From NCBI GenBank assembly GCA_963575745.1, contig CAUYUJ010000248.1:558001-622000 (forward strand): a DNA stretch of 64,000 bases, given 5' to 3'. The DNA comes from Prorocentrum cordatum. Its lineage: Eukaryota. A program made the position numbers and the translations under genes. Shown here piece after piece: positions 60,609 to 64,000 of this stretch (positions within the stretch are counted from its first letter, which is position 1; every line of letters starts with the position of its first letter). The notes beneath the pieces were generated by a model. It had not been told where the DNA came from, did not search any database, and worked only from the letters and a program-made list of their open reading frames with translations.

Positions 60609-60644
60609 TCCGTCGCCCTTTTGGCTCAAACATTTTGACTTCAG
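60609..60644 (+). other. Tandem spliced-leader relics
   Basis: TCCGTCGCCCTTTTGGCTCAAA (19/22) followed by CATTTTGACTTCAG. Confidence 0.7.
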
Positions 60645-60843
60645 GCTCGGCGGCGAGTGAGGGGGCGAGGTGAGAAGGGGCGGGCCTCCTCAGAAGGCTC
60701 GGAGGTCCCCCCAGCCTTCGAAGAAGCTTTCTCTAAGCCCCCCCCCGGAGGACACAGAAAGTCTCCAAGAAGGCGCGCGAGGGCTTCTGAGACGCCCCGC
60801 CGCCTTCCGAGAAGGCCCTCTCCTTCAGATATCCCCCTTTCGC

Positions 60844-61219
60844 TTAAGGCGGGCGTGTCCCTCTACAGGAGGACTATTCAAGAAGAGTCAGAAATAGTCG
60901 GGGAGTATGTTTTAAATAATTGTCTTGCTTAAAACATAGATCAGTTTAACTGTTCTTTCGAAGTCACCCTGTAGGGGGAAAGGCCCGACCTAACCCTCCG
61001 CTCGCCGCCACCAGGCGGCGTGCCGTGGTCGATCTCCCACGGGTGGATCCCGCGTCCACGCTTGGGTCGGGCATGTCCTCCTGCAAGCGGATCGTGGACG
61101 AAACATAAAACATATTCAAAGCATGCTCGAGCATAACACACAGGAGTCAAAACATAATCCCAGAGTGTTGTCAGACTGTTTTCGAACACTCTTCATGCAG
61201 AGGGACATGCCCGACTGGA
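60844..61219. mobile_element. Two family A MITEs (60844-60993; 61062-61219)
   Basis: TSDs CCTTTCGC/CCCTCCGC and perfect GTCCACGC. Confidence 0.87.
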
Positions 61220-62189
61220 GTCCACGCCCGCTGCCGCGCGCGCAGGGCCGACGGGCCTCGCGTTCCTCCCAGAGCCCGTCTGCGCCGCAAGCGTGGGCCG
61301 CAAGGAGTGCGCCCTCTCGGCAGCACGGGGCCCTGCCGGCTCGGCGGGCGGGCTGGCGGTCTATTGGGGAAGCCAGGCACAGGCACGATCGCGCCGTGAA
61401 GAGAAATCCGGACGGGATGCTGCTGGCCATTCCCGTGCAGAAACATCGGGGCGGGAGGTTGCCGGCAATTTTCGGCCTCGGGGGGCCCTCGCCGGGCCTT
61501 GGGGCCGCCAGAGAACGACGCAGCACGAAAACCGGGTCCTGGGGAAAGAGTCGGGGCTTCCAGGGACCCCGTATGGAAAGCATCAGGACGTCGCATGTTT
61601 GGGAAGGTTATGATATTCCAGCCTACTATGGCCGCTAGCCTGGACCGCCAGAAATATTTTCGAGCACCACGAGGGTCGAACAAATGGATGGTGTAAAGGC
61701 GTCGGGCCCTGGGAGGCGATGGTACTCGTTCGGCACCTCACCAGCGTGTCGGGCAGACAACGTTTCGATACTTGTCGGGATGCTCGGAATTAGTTCTGGG
61801 ATAGAGTCCTTCCGTGCGATGGGAAGAACATACAGTCAACGCGCCTTGTAAGGACGCGCGCCTTCATCTAGGATACCCTTGCGTCCTTGCCTCTGTGGCC
61901 CGTCCTTTGCCGTTTTCACTGGTCGCCGCCGCCCAGAAAAATCCCAACTTCAGCCTCCAAGGGTCTTGCGTCCTTACCACGCGTCCTTAATATACGTTTT
62001 GACTGTAACAGCAGATGTCCATGCGCCCTTTGCATGGGGCCCTTTGCGTGGGCCCACGGCGGGCCACGCGAGCACAACTGCGGCCACTTTGCCTGGCCCC
62101 TTGCAACTGGGGCGCATGCCCGCGGCCGTCGAGCGGGACGTCGCCCCGCGCGCGAAGAGCACACGGTCCCCCCCACACCCAGGATGCAG

Positions 62190-62415
62190 GACCCCCCCGG
62201 ACTACATGGCCCCCCCCCCCCGACTACAAGGCTCCCCCCCCGGACTACAAGGGCCCCCCCCCCCGCCTACAAGGCCCCCCCCCCCCGACTACCCCCCCCC
62301 CCCCCCCCCTGACTACAACGGCCCCCCCCCCCCTCCTGGACTACACAGGACCCCCCCCCCAGACTACAGGGCCCCCACCCCTGGACTAACTACAGGGCCC
62401 CCTCCCCGGACTATG
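62190..62415 (+). repeat. GGACTACA-(C)n minisatellite (also 32288-32395)
   Basis: Recurrent GACTACA followed by C-runs. Confidence 0.8.
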
Positions 62416-64000
62416 GACGATCGGTCACCTCATAACCATCGAGATATGATATACTCATCATACCGCTATTCCTGGGATCTCTCCCCCGGCCGGGGTGCGC
62501 TCGGGCTCGAAGTTCGAGGCGAACCCGGCGGTGGCGACGAGGGCCACCCGGGAGGCCCGAACAAAAGGCGGAGTCGAGGGGAGGCCAGTCTTGCCCCCCT
62601 TGGCCTCGTGCGCTCGTGCTCGTGCGCCGCGCCCCACCCAGTGTATAATGCAATCCTTCAACCTACTGCCAGCATGTTACCAGCCTGGGACATATCCCTA
62701 TCCCTATGCTGGGCACCTCCTCATCACGATGCCAATCTTAGGGATTCCCTTATGTTTTCAGGGCGAATCCCTAAGATTGTCATCGCCTTTTGGCGTGTCA
62801 ATCATACGTTCGAGGCTGGTAAGCATGGCTTCGTGGCCTTACTTGGGTCCCCAGGTTGCCTAGGCAGTTCCCTGGCTAGTACGGGTGGCCTTGCTTGACA
62901 CGTCTGGAAAAAGACCCCCCTCCATCCCCGAGGTTCTCGGCTCCCCTAACTCGGGTCCCGTCGCAAAGGGTCCCGGGCACCTGTGCTTCTCATCATCGCT
63001 TCTTCCCACCCTGCCGGCTCTCCGCTGCAGCGATCTTTCGCCTCGCAGATGGCCCTCTTGCCTCGGCCGTTCTCTCCGCGGCTAGGCCGCATACAGCTGC
63101 CTGCGTACGTCCGGTCTCTTCGTGGTGGTTCACTGCTTCGTTCACGGCCCCACGCAGGATGGTCTATCTACATTGCTTTGGAAGGGTGTCCCACCCCGCC
63201 TTGGCAGTTGGCGGGCCGTCGCTTGCACCCCATCGGCGCGGCGAAGGAGCAAGTGTGTGTGTGTGTGTGTGTGTGTGTCCACCCCCGGCTGCCCCGCGGC
63301 TGCCGCCCCGACGCCCCAGCGCTGCTCCGCCGCCGCGGCCTGGCCCCGCTCTGAGCGGGCCTGGCCTTTGTCTCCCTCCCGCCCGCGCTGGGCCTTCCCC
63401 CTCCTCCTCACGTGCACCGCTGCTTGACTTGCAAGTATATGCCCTACATTTGCCCCGTCCGCCAGCGCAGCCACTTTGCCTAGCCTCCGACGCAAAAAGT
63501 GTGTGTGTGTGTCAGTGCGTGTCTGCGTTTTCAGGCAAACCTGCATGACCTCAGTTTCGTTTTCACACGTATTCGTTTTGTCTGGCCCCTAGCCCTAATC
63601 TTGGCGACCGCTTGAAGTTCGATGGCATGTTGATTTGTCAGTTCAGTCAGTTGATGACCAGACGGTAGCCCGTCGCTGCAGTAGAGGAGAAGTGTCTGTG
63701 TGCGTGACCGGAATAATGAGAGAAAGAGAGTCTCTCTTTCTCCCATCTTCTCTCTCTCTCTCTCTCTCTTGAGAGAGAGAGAGGAAAGGAAAAGAGCAGA
63801 GAAAGACAAACAAGCACAATAGAGAGAGAAGGAACGAGGGAGGGAGGGAGTTTGGGAGGGAAGAGTGAAGAACATATATGATAGTATGATCTGACAGCAG
63901 AGGAGAGGAGATGAGATAAGTGAGACGGAGGGAGAGCGCGATACATATACATATATATATATATAATGATGGACATAATGAGGGCGAGAGAGAGAGAGAG

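Overview
GC-rich, repeat-dense eukaryotic nuclear DNA, almost certainly from a peridinin dinoflagellate (Prorocentrum-like): it has a perfect DinoSL spliced leader, GA/GC splice donors and a nuclear psbF with a tripartite plastid-targeting peptide. Almost all long ORFs in the track are artefacts of (GGA/TCC)n, (GT)n and satellite repeats. Real content: (1) a full-length but degenerate ~7.9-kb LINE (ORF1 zinc finger; ORF2 APE endonuclease, RT, RNase H) that begins exactly with the 22-nt spliced leader, sits in a (CCT)n tract and ends in a (TCC)n tail. A ~1.1-kb element with the same SL...(TCC)n layout lies head-to-head with it. (2) Four host genes rebuilt by hand from small exons: a GT32-like glycosyltransferase, a 2OG-Fe(II) oxygenase retrogene, the first two exons of a probable RPS19, and a complete psbF. 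Most of their introns are TIR/TSD MITE insertions (Introner-like). (3) At least 8 MITE families, including ~18 copies of one 8-bp-TSD family, often nested. (4) Two unrelated 90-bp satellites and several minisatellites. All protein identities come from motif recognition, not database searches.
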